DNA of 55,857 bases, taken from Clostridiales bacterium. Lineage in GTDB: Bacteria > Bacillota > Limnochordia > Darwinibacteriales > B1SED10-159. The position numbers were made by a program, and so were the translations under genes. Shown one piece after another: positions 36,781-47,475 of the stretch. A model generated the notes under the pieces. The model made no database searches and was not told where the DNA came from. It worked only from the letters and a program-made list of their open reading frames with translations. Where the stretch lies: positions 1 to 55,857 of the forward strand of contig PUOC01000169.1 in the NCBI GenBank assembly GCA_003551965.1, written 5' to 3'. Each line of letters starts with the position of its first letter. Within the stretch, counting starts at the first letter, position 1.

Positions 36781-37209
36781 TTATTGCTCCCATACCTCAG
36801 GCTGCTGGGCCTGATGCGGATGCTGATCGCCTTTGTACACTCGCAGTTTTTTAAACATCCGCCGTCCCAAGCTGTTGCTTGGCAGCATTCCCCACACGGC
36901 CAATTTCAGCATCCGTTCCGGATTTTTCTTCCGAAGCTCATAGGCAGTCACACTTTTGATACCACCCGGATAGCGGCTGTGTCGGTAATAACGTTTCTGC
37001 TGCAGTTTACGCCCGGTCAGGTCCACCTTTTCGGCATTGAGGATAATCACATGATCACCGGTATCCAAATGCGGAGTATATGTGGGCTTGTGTTTGCCCT
37101 TTAGAATCGACGCCACTTCTGTGGCCAAGCGCCCCAGCGGTTTGTTGTCGGCATCGATGACATACCATTTACGGTTCAAATCCTGTGGCTTTGCCATGTA
37201 CGTCTTCAT
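36781..37209 (-). CDS. rplM: 50S ribosomal protein L13
   Basis: The translation reads [47 protein letters not shown]... The start was set to the ATG at 37209 after a GGGGGGA SD. Confidence 0.95.
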   Translation of the reverse strand: MKTYMAKPQDLNRKWYVIDADNKPLGRLATEVASILKGKHKPTYTPHLDTGDHVIILNAEKVDLTGRKLQQKRYYRHSRYPGGIKSVTAYELRKKNPERMLKLAVWGMLPSNSLGRRMFKKLRVYKGDQHPHQAQQPEVWEQ

Positions 37210-37374
37210 TGCTGTTCCCCCCTTTTCTGCTCCCCATGCCGCGTTCTGCAGGGCAGATCGCTTTGCAGGGGCCGATTTGTAATGCCTGTTTGGAGTAGAG
37301 TATTGCATCCTCCTTGGCAGCACTGCACGGGGCTGTGGCAGAGCTCCAAAGGGAGGTTTACAGATAGATCACCA
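37210..37374 (-). promoter_or_regulatory. Long structured 5' leader of rplM-rpsI (possible L13-type autoregulatory leader)
   Basis: A ~165-nt untranslated leader lies between the promoter and the rplM ATG. It contains a 7-bp closing helix TTTGGAG..CTCCAAA around a GC-rich insert. Assigning it to a known leader family is inference only. Confidence 0.3.
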
Positions 37375-37380
37375 GATATT

Positions 37381-37409
37381 ATTGTACTGTACATGATAGG
37401 CAGTGTCAA
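37381..37409 (-). promoter_or_regulatory. Promoter for rplM-rpsI
   Basis: On the minus strand, TTGACA (complement of 37404..37409, overlapping the truA stop), a 17-nt spacer, then TACAAT (complement of 37381..37386). Confidence 0.55.
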
Positions 37410-38143
37410 GGATATTTCACTTCCTCCAGCACCAGTCCGTGCCCCGGCGCAGTAGGCCCCGCCGCTGAACGATCTTCCGCTGCCAGGACGTTATCGACCC
37501 ACTGGGCAGGCTGTTTTCCCCGGGCCACTTCCAGCAGGGTACCCACCATATTGCGCACCATATTGTACAGGAATCCGTCGGCCGTGAAGTATAGGCAGGC
37601 CAGTGGACCTCGCTGCGCAATCTCCAGACGCCGCAGAGTTCTCACCGTTGTCTTGGCCGAACCTCCTGCCGCGGCAAAGCTGGCAAAACTGCGGGTACCT
37701 CGTAAGACGGCTGCCGCCTCTTCCACGGCAGCCCAATCCAGAGGATCCTTCTGCCAAAGGCTGTAGCGGCGCCAAAACACGTCGGCGTAGGGCCCCTGCC
37801 AAATCTGATAGCAGTATGTCTTTTCCAAGGCATCGTATCGGGCATGGAATCCTTCCCGGGCGTATTCCGCAGCCATAACGCGGATATCCGGAGGCAGCAG
37901 CCCGTTCACCGCCAAGGGCAGTCGTTTCAGGGGTACCGACAGATCGGCATCAAAGTGGACACACTGCTGGCGCGCATGCACGCCCGAGTCGGTGCGGCCA
38001 GCTCCGACAACACCCACCGGGCCTGCGGCCAATTGGCTGAGGACGGATTCGAGGGCCCCCTGAATGGTTGGGTCCTGGGGCTGTCTCTGGAAACCGCAGT
38101 AATCCGTACCGTCATACTGTACCCACATCTGGTAGCGCTGCAT
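37406..38143 (-). CDS. truA: tRNA pseudouridine(38-40) synthase
   Basis: The translation reads MQRYQMWVQYDGTDYCGFQRQP..VVGAGRTDSGVHARQQCVHFD.. with the catalytic Asp motif. The start was set to the ATG at 38143, with an AGGTGA SD overlapping the ecfT stop. Confidence 0.9.
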   Translation of the reverse strand: MQRYQMWVQYDGTDYCGFQRQPQDPTIQGALESVLSQLAAGPVGVVGAGRTDSGVHARQQCVHFDADLSVPLKRLPLAVNGLLPPDIRVMAAEYAREGFHARYDALEKTYCYQIWQGPYADVFWRRYSLWQKDPLDWAAVEEAAAVLRGTRSFASFAAAGGSAKTTVRTLRRLEIAQRGPLACLYFTADGFLYNMVRNMVGTLLEVARGKQPAQWVDNVLAAEDRSAAGPTAPGHGLVLEEVKYP

Positions 38144-38151
38144 GACATCAC

Positions 38152-38949
38152 CTAAAATAAAAAACTGATTACCACCACAAAGATAAGTACACCGGCCAGA
38201 CAAACACCATCGAAGGATGTAAATGACAGTTCCCGGAATTTCGTCCTGCCCTCACCGCCCCGGTAACCCCTGGCTTCCATGGCGATGGCCAGATCATCCG
38301 CCCGGCGGAACGCATTGATGAAGAGCGGCACCAACAGAGGAATCAAATTCTTGGCCCGCTGCAGAAGATTGCCGCTCTCAAAGTCGGCTCCCCGCGCCAT
38401 CTGCGCTTTCATAATCTTCTCCGTCTCCTCTAAGAGTGTCGGAATAAAGCGCAGGGCAATGGTCATCATCATGGCCAGTTCATGGGCGGGAATTCCAATC
38501 GGCTTGCCCGGTTTGAGAAGGCTTTCGATGCCATCGGTGAGATGAATGGGAGACGTAGTCAACGTCAGGATGGAAGTGCCTAACACCAGCAATATCAGAC
38601 GCGTACCCATCATGCCTCCGCGGACAAGGCCTTCTTCGGTGATGGCAATAAAACCCCACTGCCATAGTACACGCCCCTCTGTCATGAAAATGTGCAGTGA
38701 AAGGGTCAGCACAATAATGATCAGAAGCGGCTTCAAACCCCGGATCACATAGCGCGGCGGAAGCTTCGAAATGTAGACTGCGGCAGCGATGAAAAGCGCC
38801 GCAAACCCATAGCCCGCAAAGGATTGTACCAGAAACAGCAGGGCAATCAGGGCCATGGTTGACAAGATCTTCGTCCGGGGATCGAGGCGATGGACGGGCG
38901 AGTTTCCAGGGATGTACTGGCCGATGGTGATGTTCCTAAGCATGGCCAT
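38152..38949 (-). CDS. ecfT: ECF transporter transmembrane (T) component
   Basis: The polytopic 265-aa protein shows ..SPVHRLDPRTKIL.. and ..ARGADFESGN..AMEARGY... It follows the two ecfA genes. Confidence 0.88.
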   Translation of the reverse strand: MAMLRNITIGQYIPGNSPVHRLDPRTKILSTMALIALLFLVQSFAGYGFAALFIAAAVYISKLPPRYVIRGLKPLLIIIVLTLSLHIFMTEGRVLWQWGFIAITEEGLVRGGMMGTRLILLVLGTSILTLTTSPIHLTDGIESLLKPGKPIGIPAHELAMMMTIALRFIPTLLEETEKIMKAQMARGADFESGNLLQRAKNLIPLLVPLFINAFRRADDLAIAMEARGYRGGEGRTKFRELSFTSFDGVCLAGVLIFVVVISFLF

Positions 38950-39805
38950 GGTGCTTCAGCTCCAAAAACTGCATAATTTCCTTCTCTGCTTCGTCCAAAG
39001 TAAAAATATCTGCCCGCTTCGTCATACCCCGCCGGTGCAGTTCCTGCATCAACGTGGTCACCTGGGGCACCCCCAGTCCCATACCCCGCAGCCTTTCTGC
39101 GTTGGCGAATATTTCGCTCGGTGAACCTTCCAGGGCAATGCGGCCGTTTTCCATCACGATCAGACGCTGGGCCATACGGGCAATATCTTCCATACTGTGA
39201 CTGACCAACACCACCGTCAAATTCCACTGATGATACAATGTCTGGACCTGCGCTAAGATCTCGTCCCGGCCCCTGGGGTCAAGTCCAGCCGTGGGTTCGT
39301 CGAGAATCAGAACAGACGGTTTCATGGCCAATACTCCGGCAATGGCTGCTCGGCGCTTTTGACCTCCGGAGAGCTCAAATGGAGAACGATCCCTGAGGGT
39401 GTCCAGATCCAGATCGACCATAGCCAGCCCCTCCCGTACCCGTTCCTCCAGGGAAGCCTCTGGTACGCCGGCGTTTTTGGGGCCAAAGGCCACATCTTCG
39501 AATACGGTTTCTCCAAAAAGCTGGTGTTCCGGATATTGAAACACCATGCCTACCGTCCTGCGAATGGAGCGCAGATCGACGCCTTTTCGGCTTAAGTCGA
39601 CGCCGTCGACAGTGATTCGGCCATAGGTTGGTTTCACAAGACCATTGAAGTGCTGTATCAACGTGCTTTTTCCCGAGCCCGTGTGCCCAATGATGCCCAC
39701 AAACTCACCATCATTGATGGTAAGGCTGATATCAAAGAGAGCCTGCTTCTGCATCGGTGTGTCGGGAAGATAGACATACGACAGGTTTTCCACAACTATT
39801 GGCAT
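38936..39805 (-). CDS. ecfA2: ECF transporter ATPase A2
   Basis: It carries Walker A GHTGSGKST, the signature LSGGQKRRAAIAGVL and Walker B LILDEPTAGLD. Confidence 0.9.
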   Translation of the reverse strand: MPIVVENLSYVYLPDTPMQKQALFDISLTINDGEFVGIIGHTGSGKSTLIQHFNGLVKPTYGRITVDGVDLSRKGVDLRSIRRTVGMVFQYPEHQLFGETVFEDVAFGPKNAGVPEASLEERVREGLAMVDLDLDTLRDRSPFELSGGQKRRAAIAGVLAMKPSVLILDEPTAGLDPRGRDEILAQVQTLYHQWNLTVVLVSHSMEDIARMAQRLIVMENGRIALEGSPSEIFANAERLRGMGLGVPQVTTLMQELHRRGMTKRADIFTLDEAEKEIMQFLELKHHGHA

Positions 39806-40635
39806 AGTGCATTCACCAACTCATCTACGGTCAAAGTGTTGCTAGGTACCGAGTAGCCATGGGCATTGATTCGATGGGCCAAGGCCGTGACCTGCGGCAC
39901 ATCCAAGTGCAGCTTATACAACGCCTCCACCTGGGAAAACACTTCACTGGGTGTGCCCTGCAGCGGGATGCGGCCATCCTCCATGACCATTACTCGATCG
40001 GCAAAGATGGCTTCGTCCATAAAATGGGTAATATGAACGATAGTAATACCTTCGTCCCGGTTCAATCGTCGCACTGTGCTCATCACTTCTGCCCGGCCCA
40101 CCGGATCAAGCATGGCAGTAGGCTCATCGAGAACAATGCACTTGGGCCGCATGGCAATCATACCGGCAATGGCCACGCGCTGTTTCTGCCCCCCGGAAAG
40201 CTGATGCGGGGAATGGAGGCGGAACGGCGTCATTCCCACCACTTCCAACGCCTCGGCAACCCGATCCTGCATTTCCGCCGTAGGAACGCCCATGTTCTCG
40301 GGGCCAAAGGCCACATCTTCTTCCACCGTCGTGGCCACCAGTTGGTTATCTGGGTTTTGAAATACCATCCCCACCCGCTGCCGAATGTCCCAGACTTTTT
40401 TGTCGTCGCGTGTATCCATTCCATCCACAAGGACCGTGCCTTTGCTAGGCAGAAGCAGTGCATTGGCATGCTTGGCCAGGGTTGACTTGCCGGAGCCGTT
40501 ATGTCCTAGGACCGCGACAAATTCACCCCGCCTGATGGTCACGTTGACCTCAAGCAGGGCGTCCCATTCCTGCTGGGTGCCCCGGCCGTATACATGGCTG
40601 ACATTGTCGAATTGGATCAGTGCTTCTGCTGCCAC
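39796..40635 (-). CDS. ecfA1: ECF transporter ATPase A1
   Basis: It carries Walker A GHNGSGKST, the signature LSGGQKQRVAIAGMI and Walker B IVLDEPTAMLD. The start is a GTG. Confidence 0.9.
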   Translation of the reverse strand: MAAEALIQFDNVSHVYGRGTQQEWDALLEVNVTIRRGEFVAVLGHNGSGKSTLAKHANALLLPSKGTVLVDGMDTRDDKKVWDIRQRVGMVFQNPDNQLVATTVEEDVAFGPENMGVPTAEMQDRVAEALEVVGMTPFRLHSPHQLSGGQKQRVAIAGMIAMRPKCIVLDEPTAMLDPVGRAEVMSTVRRLNRDEGITIVHITHFMDEAIFADRVMVMEDGRIPLQGTPSEVFSQVEALYKLHLDVPQVTALAHRINAHGYSVPSNTLTVDELVNALCQ

Positions 40636-40662
40636 TATCGATCACTCCACCTAACAGAGAAC

Positions 40663-40683
40663 GCAGAGGAAAAAACCCTCTGC
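40663..40683 (-). terminator. Hairpin between rplQ and ecfA1 (attenuating terminator candidate)
   Basis: GCAGAGG..CCTCTGC forms a 7-bp stem starting 9 nt after the rplQ stop. The minus-strand tail is GTTCTCTGTT. Confidence 0.45.
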
Positions 40684-40691
40684 GACCTGGC

Positions 40692-41030
40692 TTATACCCA
40701 TTCAATAATGGCCATGGGAGTGGCATCTCCACGCCGGAATCTCGTCTTCATGACTCGAGTATATCCTCCGTGGCGTTCTTCATATTTCGGAGCCACTTCG
40801 TCGAAGAGGCGTTTCACAGCTTCGGGCTTCATCAGAAAGCTCGCCGCCTGCCGCCGTGAATGCAGATCACCCTGTTTTCCCAGGGTTACCATTTTGTCAG
40901 CCAGAGGTTTGATGGACTTCGCCTTGGCCTCCGTCGTTTCAATGCGTCCCTCTAATACGAGCGACGTCACAAGACTGCGCAGTACGGCCCGACGGTGCCC
41001 CGAACGCCGTCCTAATTTCCTCAGTTTCAC
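40692..41030 (-). CDS. rplQ: 50S ribosomal protein L17
   Basis: The translation reads ..[37 protein letters not shown]... The GTG at 41030 (AGGTGA SD 5 nt upstream) is preferred over the GTG at 41039. Confidence 0.93.
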   Translation of the reverse strand: MKLRKLGRRSGHRRAVLRSLVTSLVLEGRIETTEAKAKSIKPLADKMVTLGKQGDLHSRRQAASFLMKPEAVKRLFDEVAPKYEERHGGYTRVMKTRFRRGDATPMAIIEWV

Positions 41031-41044
41031 ACCATTCACCTGCC

Positions 41045-41986
41045 TTATTCATCAGATTCCCGTAAAGAAAGCCCCAAAGCAGCCAACTTTTCCTTCACTT
41101 CCTGGAGTGATTTTTTGCCTAGATTGCGGACTTTCATCATGTCCTCTTCTGTTTTGCGGGTCAATTCCTCTACTGTGTTGATTCCAGCCCGTTTGAGACA
41201 GTTATAGGAGCGCACCGACATATCCAGCTCTTCGATGGTCATTTCCATCAGCCGGTCCATGTCTTCCTCTTCTTTCTCTACCATGATTTCCACATCATCG
41301 GAAGGTTCCGTTAGGTCGGTGAACAACTTCAGATGCTCCATCAGAACGCGCGCCGCCAAACTCACCGCGTCATCGGGGGTAATCGTGCCATCGGTCCAAA
41401 CATCCAGCTGCAGCTTATCATAGTCGGTGATCTGGCCGACACGGGTATCCTCTACCGTATAGTTCACCTTCGTCACCGGAGTGAAAATCGAATCCACAGG
41501 AATCAGTCCAATGGGCTGCTGGGGATCCTTGTTGCGCTCTGCAGGAACATAGCCCCGTCCCCTTTCCACGGTAATTTCCATGCTGAGCGACGAATTTTCC
41601 TGCAGCGTTGCGATATGCAGGTCGGGATTGAGAATATCCACCGACGATGTCGGAACAATGTCAGCCGCCGTAACCAGGCCTGGTTCGGACTTTTCAATGC
41701 GTATACTGGCCGGTTCATCAGAATGCATCCGAACCAGCAGTTTCTTTAGGTTCAGAACAATGTCCACCGTATCCTCGACAACGCCGGGGATGGTAGAAAA
41801 CTCGTGCAGAACACCGTCGATGAACACGGAAGTGACCGCCGTTCCTGGAAGGCTGGAGAGCAAAATACGCCGCAGGCTGTTGCCTAGGGTGATGCCATAG
41901 CCTCGCTCCAATGGTTCGACCACGAATTTGCCGTAGCCATCGCGTACGTCAACCCGTTCAATTGTCGGCTTTTCAATTTCAATCAT
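41045..41986 (-). CDS. rpoA: DNA-directed RNA polymerase alpha subunit
   Basis: The translation reads [43 protein letters not shown]... The C-terminal domain reads ..[23 protein letters not shown]... Confidence 0.96.
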   Translation of the reverse strand: MIEIEKPTIERVDVRDGYGKFVVEPLERGYGITLGNSLRRILLSSLPGTAVTSVFIDGVLHEFSTIPGVVEDTVDIVLNLKKLLVRMHSDEPASIRIEKSEPGLVTAADIVPTSSVDILNPDLHIATLQENSSLSMEITVERGRGYVPAERNKDPQQPIGLIPVDSIFTPVTKVNYTVEDTRVGQITDYDKLQLDVWTDGTITPDDAVSLAARVLMEHLKLFTDLTEPSDDVEIMVEKEEEDMDRLMEMTIEELDMSVRSYNCLKRAGINTVEELTRKTEEDMMKVRNLGKKSLQEVKEKLAALGLSLRESDE

Positions 41987-42114
41987 TGAAACAGTACACC
42001 CTCCTTTTCGAATGCACGATGGGGCAGCGGCGGATCGCCCTGCGTGATCGTCCGCAGCCGAAGGACTCGAACCTTACTGAGGGTGATTGCATTGCCCTCA
42101 CTATAGCAACCAAA

Positions 42115-42510
42115 TTAAACTCTCCGCCGTTTCGGAGGGCGACACCCGTTATACGGAATGGGAGTTACATCCTTGATCGTGGTCACATCGATGCCGGCGG
42201 TCTGCAGCGAACGAATAGCTGCCTCCCGGCCAGAACCAGGGCCTTTTACGTACACCTGCACCTCCCGCATGCCGTGTTCGGTAGCCACTCGAGCTGCCGA
42301 TTCAGCGGCCATGCCAGCGGCAAATGGTGTTCCTTTGCGGGAACCCTTGAAACCCATATTACCGGCGCTAGCCCAGGAAATCACGTTTCCCTGCAGATCA
42401 CTGATGCTTACAATGGTATTGTTGAATGTAGAAGGAATGTGTGCAATCCCGCTGGGAATATTTTTCCTTTCCCGACGACGGGTGCGCTGACCCCTGCGAG
42501 GTCTTGCCAT
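42115..42510 (-). CDS. rpsK: 30S ribosomal protein S11
   Basis: The translation reads ..[45 protein letters not shown]... Confidence 0.96.
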   Translation of the reverse strand: MARPRRGQRTRRRERKNIPSGIAHIPSTFNNTIVSISDLQGNVISWASAGNMGFKGSRKGTPFAAGMAAESAARVATEHGMREVQVYVKGPGSGREAAIRSLQTAGIDVTTIKDVTPIPYNGCRPPKRRRV

Positions 42511-42536
42511 AAGCTATCTCCTCCTTTCAACGGTTC

Positions 42537-42902
42537 TCACCGTCGTTTTCCTGCAATACGTTTTGGACCCTTACGGGTACGGGCATTGGTCTTTGTTTTT
42601 TGTCCGCGCACCGGCAAATTCCGGCGATGGCGCAGGCCGCGATAACAGCCGATGTCCATCAAGCGCTTGACATTCATGTTGACTTCCCGGCGCAGGTCCC
42701 CTTCGACCACGAATTGGTTCTCAATAATTTCACGCAGCTTATTGACTTCTTCTTCTGTCAAGTCGCGGACACGGGTGCCTTTATCAAGGCCGCACAGTTC
42801 AACAATCTTACGTGCAGATGTCTTTCCGATGCCATAGATATACGTTAGACTGACCTCTGTCCGTTTTTCTCTTGGTAAATCCACACCAGCGATTCGTGCC
42901 AT
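42537..42902 (-). CDS. rpsM: 30S ribosomal protein S13
   Basis: The translation reads [26 protein letters not shown]... The start was set to the ATG at 42902. Confidence 0.96.
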   Translation of the reverse strand: MARIAGVDLPREKRTEVSLTYIYGIGKTSARKIVELCGLDKGTRVRDLTEEEVNKLREIIENQFVVEGDLRREVNMNVKRLMDIGCYRGLRHRRNLPVRGQKTKTNARTRKGPKRIAGKRR

Positions 42903-42929
42903 TCTGGTCATACACCCCCTAATTGTGGA

Positions 42930-43043
42930 CTATCCCTGTTTTTGCTTATGCCTCGGATTGTCGCAAATTACCATAATGCTGCCTTTGCGCCGAATCACTT
43001 TGCACTTCTCACACATCGGCTTTACCGAAGGTCTTACCTTCAT
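42930..43043 (-). CDS. rpmJ: 50S ribosomal protein L36 (zinc-binding form)
   Basis: It is too short for the ORF track. Reverse translation gives [37 protein letters not shown], followed by a stop. Confidence 0.93.
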   Translation of the reverse strand: MKVRPSVKPMCEKCKVIRRKGSIMVICDNPRHKQKQG

Positions 43044-43068
43044 GTAAACAGCCCCCTTCCCCTAGGAC

Positions 43069-43287
43069 TTACTTTTTGCGATAGACGATTCTGCCCCGGG
43101 ACAGATCATAGGGCGAAAGTTCCACTGTTACTTTATCACCGGGAAGGATACGAATAAAATGCATTCGCATTTTCCCTGATATATGGGCTAACACTTTATG
43201 CCCATTTTCCAGTTCTACACGAAACATTGCATTGGGAAGCGGTTCAATTACGGTGCCTTCAACTTCAATAGCATCATCCTTTGCCAT
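43069..43287 (-). CDS. infA: Translation initiation factor IF-1
   Basis: The translation reads [70 protein letters not shown]. Confidence 0.96.
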   Translation of the reverse strand: MAKDDAIEVEGTVIEPLPNAMFRVELENGHKVLAHISGKMRMHFIRILPGDKVTVELSPYDLSRGRIVYRKK

Positions 43288-43576
43288 GGCCCAACGAACC
43301 CTCCTCTCTGCCGCTAAATCTCTCGACGGCTTTTCTTACGTCCTCATCCGTGACCTTAATCTTACCGCTCAAGGCCTGGTCCAGGCCACTGTCCACATGG
43401 GAGTGGATCTGCAGATGCCTGGTGTTCTTGACTTTCGGGCGGTTGACTGTGCGCTTTTTGCCATCGGCCACCAACACAGAGCGCTCGTCGATCATCTTCA
43501 GTACGCAGTAGACCGTTCCCGCATCCCTTCCCTGGCGGGAAGACACGATTTGTCCCGGCCTGATAGACTGCGCCAC
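43274..43576 (-). CDS. KOW-domain RNA-binding protein (conserved map-infA spacer gene of Firmicutes)
   Basis: 100 aa with a GTG start. The KOW-like region is ..[49 protein letters not shown]... Confidence 0.7.
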   Translation of the reverse strand: MAQSIRPGQIVSSRQGRDAGTVYCVLKMIDERSVLVADGKKRTVNRPKVKNTRHLQIHSHVDSGLDQALSGKIKVTDEDVRKAVERFSGREEGSLGHGKG

Positions 43577-43587
43577 GGAGATCCCTC

Positions 43588-44337
43588 CTACAATCGGGTC
43601 AGAATGATTGGTCCATTGTCTGTAACAGCTATGGTGTGTTCAAAATGAGCGGATATACTGCGATCTTTGGTTTTCACTGTCCAATGATCCGGAAGCACCT
43701 CCACATGATAGCCGCCCATGTTCACCATGGGTTCCAGGGCCATGGTCATGCCCGACTTGAGGCGCACCCCTCGGCCAGGAGGGCCGAAATTGGGTATCTG
43801 CATTTCTTCGTGCATCTCTCGTCCAATCCCGTGCCCCACAAAGTCCCGAACCACCGAGAAACCGGCCGCCTCCACATGGGTTTGAATGGCATGGGAAATA
43901 TCGCCAAGGCGATTGCCCACAACAGCTGCCTCAATCCCTTTATACAGGGCTTCTTCCGTAGCCTGGAGCAGCCTTTGGGTACCGTCGTCCACTTGGCCCA
44001 CCGGATAACTCCACGCCGAGTCGCCGCAGAATCCATCCATGAACGCCCCGATGTCTACACCGATGATCGATCCTTCCTCAAGAATCGTACGATCATCGGG
44101 AATACCGTGCACAACAACGTCATCAATACTGGCACAAATCGTGGCAGGAAAACCATGGTATCCTTTGAACGCCGGAATGGCGCCCTGCTGCACTAGATAC
44201 TCTTCGACGATTCTATTCAGTGCTGCCGTGGATACGCCTGGTTTGACGGCTTCCTGCACCAATTGATGCGCTTCAGCCACTACGCGGCCAGCACGGCGCA
44301 TGGCCTCTATCTCTTCGCCGTTTTTGAGGACAATCAT
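43588..44337 (-). CDS. map: Methionine aminopeptidase, type I
   Basis: It shows ..MRRAGRVVAEAH..VVHGIP..DIGAFMDGFCGDSA..FVGHGIGREMHE..LEPM..HFEHT.. with the metal ligands. Confidence 0.94.
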   Translation of the reverse strand: MIVLKNGEEIEAMRRAGRVVAEAHQLVQEAVKPGVSTAALNRIVEEYLVQQGAIPAFKGYHGFPATICASIDDVVVHGIPDDRTILEEGSIIGVDIGAFMDGFCGDSAWSYPVGQVDDGTQRLLQATEEALYKGIEAAVVGNRLGDISHAIQTHVEAAGFSVVRDFVGHGIGREMHEEMQIPNFGPPGRGVRLKSGMTMALEPMVNMGGYHVEVLPDHWTVKTKDRSISAHFEHTIAVTDNGPIILTRL

Positions 44338-45011
44338 GAAACTTCACCTACACTGTCAGCTAGGCGCGTTACGTCCAAGACGTGCTGGACATCCTTAAAT
44401 ACCTCATCAATAGCCCGTTCGCCGTCAATGCTGTACAAACGCCCCTGTTGGGCGTAATAATGGACTACGGGATGGGAATATTCCATGTAGACGCGCAGGC
44501 GCTCGAAGGCTGTACGCTCATTGTCGTCATTGCGCTGGTGGAGCTCACCGCCGCAGCGTTCACACAGCCCTTTGCCTCGAACCCGGTAATACTGCAGGTG
44601 GTACGTGGCGCCGCAGTCGCGGCATATGCGCCGTTCGGCCACACGACCAATGGCCTGCTCCTCCCGAATGCGGATTTCAAAAGCTATATCCACTTCAGAC
44701 CCGCACTTGGCCAGCATCCGGTCCAGATCCCTTGCTTGATGGATGGTCCGCGGATAGCCGTCCAAGATCCACCCCCTATGACAGTCGGTGTCCCTGAGGC
44801 GCTGGCGGACAATTTCTTCAGCCAACTTGTCGGGAATCAAATGCCCTTGAGAGATGTGCCGGTCTGCTTCGCGCCCCATGGAACTCTGGGATGCAATACT
44901 CCTGCGAATGATGTCACCGGTGGAGATATGCGGTATTCCATAATAGGCTGCAATACGTTCACCCTGGGCACCTTTTCCAGCACCGGGCAGGCCCAGCAGA
45001 ACCAAGCGCAT
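44334..45011 (-). CDS. adk: Adenylate kinase (Cys4 zinc lid)
   Basis: It shows MRLVLLGLPGAGKG..ILDGYPRT.. with the lid CRDCGATYH..CERCGGEL. Its stop overlaps the map start (ATGA). Confidence 0.94.
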   Translation of the reverse strand: MRLVLLGLPGAGKGAQGERIAAYYGIPHISTGDIIRRSIASQSSMGREADRHISQGHLIPDKLAEEIVRQRLRDTDCHRGWILDGYPRTIHQARDLDRMLAKCGSEVDIAFEIRIREEQAIGRVAERRICRDCGATYHLQYYRVRGKGLCERCGGELHQRNDDNERTAFERLRVYMEYSHPVVHYYAQQGRLYSIDGERAIDEVFKDVQHVLDVTRLADSVGEVS

Positions 45012-45025
45012 GCCGCGTGCCCCCT

Positions 45026-46294
45026 TTACTTCATAAATCCTTCATAGTGACGCATCATCAAATGCGCTTCAATCTGTTTCATGGTATCCAAGGCCACACC
45101 CACCACAATCAGAAGTCCTGTTCCGCCAAAATAGAGGAAGTTCTCAGGAATGCGGGTGACAATCGCAACGATATACGGAAGCACTGCGATGAAGGCCAGG
45201 AAAAGAGCGCCTGGAAGGGTGATGCGGGTCAAGACGCGATCCAGATACTCTGTAGTCGGCCGGCCCGGACGCATTCCGGGAATGAATCCGCCGTTCTTCT
45301 TCATGTTATTGGCCACTTCCGAAGGGTTGAAGGTAACCGCTGTATAGAAGTAGGTAAAGAAGATGACCAGCAGAGCATACATCAGGTTGTAGCCGAACGT
45401 ACCATACCCAATCAGCTGGTTCACTGCTTCCACCGCGGGCACAAACTGCGCCAAGGTCAACGGGAAAGTCAGAACCGACGATGCAAAGATCACAGGAATA
45501 ACACCGGCTTGATTGACGCGCAGAGGAATATGGGTGGTCTGTCCTCCATACATTCTCCGGCCCACCACACGCTTCGCGTACTGCACTGGAATGCGCCGCT
45601 GTCCCTGCTGCACCATGACAATGGCCGCAATGACGGCCACGCCCAAAAGACCGAAAACGAGCAAACTGAAAACGTTCAAACCGCCTTCGCCGACCGCCCG
45701 GAACGCGTTAATCGTTCCCATGGGCATGCGGGCGATAATGCTGGCGAAGATCAAAATCGAAATACCGTTGCCGATCCCGTGCTCTGATATTTTCTCGCCG
45801 AGCCACATCAAGAAACCGGTGCCGGCCGTCAATGTCACCATGATCAAAGCCAGGTTGAATACGCTAGGATCGGCGACGACGCCCCAATTGCGGGCCATCA
45901 TAGTGATACCGAAGGCCTGAATAAGACCAAGTCCGATGGTACCATAGCGAACATACTGCTGGATCTTCTTGCGGCCTTCGCCGCCTTCTTTCTTCAGCTG
46001 TTCCAAATGGGGAACAACGACAGTTAACAGGTTAATGATAATCGATGCAGTAATGTATGGGTTGACTCCCATGGCAAACACCGTGAAACGCCCCAACGCC
46101 CCACCGGTAAACAGATCCAAGAACCCAAAAATACTGCCCTCATCTACACCAAGCTGCTGCCCAAGCGCGGCCGCATCCACTCCCGGCACGGGTACATAGG
46201 CTCCAATCCGGTACACGGCCAGCAGTGCGGCTGTAAATATGATCTTGTTGCGCAGTTCTGGAATGCGCATGGCGTTCACTAATGCTGCAAGCAT
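45026..46294 (-). CDS. secY: Preprotein translocase subunit SecY
   Basis: 422 aa with 10 TM segments. It shows ..LRNKIIFTAALLAVYRIGAYVPVPGVD.. and ..FALGVxPYITASII-like MGVNPYITASIIINLL... Confidence 0.96.
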   Translation of the reverse strand: MLAALVNAMRIPELRNKIIFTAALLAVYRIGAYVPVPGVDAAALGQQLGVDEGSIFGFLDLFTGGALGRFTVFAMGVNPYITASIIINLLTVVVPHLEQLKKEGGEGRKKIQQYVRYGTIGLGLIQAFGITMMARNWGVVADPSVFNLALIMVTLTAGTGFLMWLGEKISEHGIGNGISILIFASIIARMPMGTINAFRAVGEGGLNVFSLLVFGLLGVAVIAAIVMVQQGQRRIPVQYAKRVVGRRMYGGQTTHIPLRVNQAGVIPVIFASSVLTFPLTLAQFVPAVEAVNQLIGYGTFGYNLMYALLVIFFTYFYTAVTFNPSEVANNMKKNGGFIPGMRPGRPTTEYLDRVLTRITLPGALFLAFIAVLPYIVAIVTRIPENFLYFGGTGLLIVVGVALDTMKQIEAHLMMRHYEGFMK

Positions 46295-46295
46295 T

Positions 46296-46736
46296 CTAGA
46301 TCACCTCTGCCTTACCGCCAGCCTCTTCGATCTTGGCTGCCGCCGATTTTGTGAACCCGTGGGCCTTCACTGTGAGATCCCTCTCGATGCTGCCGCTGCC
46401 GAGAACTTTGACATTCCCAGCGGCGCTGCGAATCAGACCGGCCTCCTTTAACACCTCAGGTGTTACAACGGTGCCGGAATCAAATCGATTCAGATCCTCC
46501 AGCTTCACTTCCGCAAATTGCTTTTGAAAGCGGTTCTTAAAGCCGCGTTTTGGCAAACGGCGCTGCAATGGCGTTTGGCCGCCTTCAAAGGCCGCACCTT
46601 TACCGCCGCCGGAACGCTGTCCCTGGCCGCCCTGGCCTCTGCCGGAGGTTTTGCCCAAGCCGGATCCGATACCGCGGCCCACGCGTTTGCGTGCCTTTCT
46701 GCTGCCCTCTGCGGGCTTCAGTTCATGTAACCGCAA
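46296..46736 (-). CDS. rplO: 50S ribosomal protein L15
   Basis: The translation reads ..[33 protein letters not shown]... The TTG at 46736 (6 nt after AAGGGGGTG) is preferred to the GTG at 46745. Confidence 0.94.
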   Translation of the reverse strand: MRLHELKPAEGSRKARKRVGRGIGSGLGKTSGRGQGGQGQRSGGGKGAAFEGGQTPLQRRLPKRGFKNRFQKQFAEVKLEDLNRFDSGTVVTPEVLKEAGLIRSAAGNVKVLGSGSIERDLTVKAHGFTKSAAAKIEEAGGKAEVI

Positions 46737-46754
46737 TACGTACACCCCCTTGCC

Positions 46755-46937
46755 CTAGTTAACTTCTTCCACTTCCACCAGATGACGGACTTTAAACAGC
46801 ATGCCCCGTATGGCCGGCGTGTCATTGTGCGTCGCTACGCTGTTAAGCTTCCGCAGTCCCAGCGCCTTGACGGTATCTTTCTGGTCTTGGGAATAGCCGA
46901 TGCTGCTCTTCTTGTAGGTCACTTTCAATTTCGCCAT
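46755..46937 (-). CDS. rpmD: 50S ribosomal protein L30
   Basis: The translation reads [46 protein letters not shown]... Confidence 0.94.
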   Translation of the reverse strand: MAKLKVTYKKSSIGYSQDQKDTVKALGLRKLNSVATHNDTPAIRGMLFKVRHLVEVEEVN

Positions 46938-46949
46938 CGTTTAAGCCCC

Positions 46950-47453
46950 CTAACCCAGGATTTCTCCAGGAGATTTTCCCCGAAGACGGGCTACATCATC
47001 CACAGTCCGCAGATTCTGAATGCCCTTCAATGTCGCGCGCACCACATTGATGGGATTAGAAGAACCGAGAGATTTTGTCAGAATATCCTTTACGCCAGCC
47101 ACTTCCAGCACTGCACGAACTGGTCCGCCGGCAATTACACCTGTACCCTCTGCAGCAGGCTTCAAAAGCACAGTGGCGCCTGCGTAGCGTTCCGTTATCT
47201 GATGAGGAATGGTCGTCCCGTACATGGGAACGTCGATCATATTATTCTTCGCATCGTCAACACCTTTGCGGATCGCCTCAGCCACTTCTTTGGCTTTTCC
47301 CAATCCAGCGCCGACCCGTCCTTTGCCATCACCTACGACGACAAGGGCGCTAAACGATCGTGTCCGACCACCTTTTACGGTCTTGGAAACGGGATTGATA
47401 CTGACCAGTCTTTCTTCCAGTTCGGTACCAGTTCTTTCCGTTCGTTTTGCCAA
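46950..47453 (-). CDS. rpsE: 30S ribosomal protein S5
   Basis: The translation reads ..[45 protein letters not shown]... The start was set to the TTG at 47453 after an AAGGAGGG SD, downstream of the rplR stop. Confidence 0.94.
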   Translation of the reverse strand: MAKRTERTGTELEERLVSINPVSKTVKGGRTRSFSALVVVGDGKGRVGAGLGKAKEVAEAIRKGVDDAKNNMIDVPMYGTTIPHQITERYAGATVLLKPAAEGTGVIAGGPVRAVLEVAGVKDILTKSLGSSNPINVVRATLKGIQNLRTVDDVARLRGKSPGEILG

Positions 47454-47475
47454 ACCTCTTTCCCTCCTTTTCGGA

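Noticed and set aside
41987-42114. tRNA-like motif (GGTTCGAGTCC T-arm sequence on the minus strand) in the rpsK-rpoA spacer
   Set aside because: The T-arm folds (AAGG-TTCGAGT-CCTT). I could not build an acceptor stem. The putative anticodon hairpin GAGGG..CCCTC has an 11-nt loop, and there is no D-arm. It is probably chance or part of the rpoA leader, not a tRNA gene. The absence of rpsD here is normal for Bacillus-like alpha operons.
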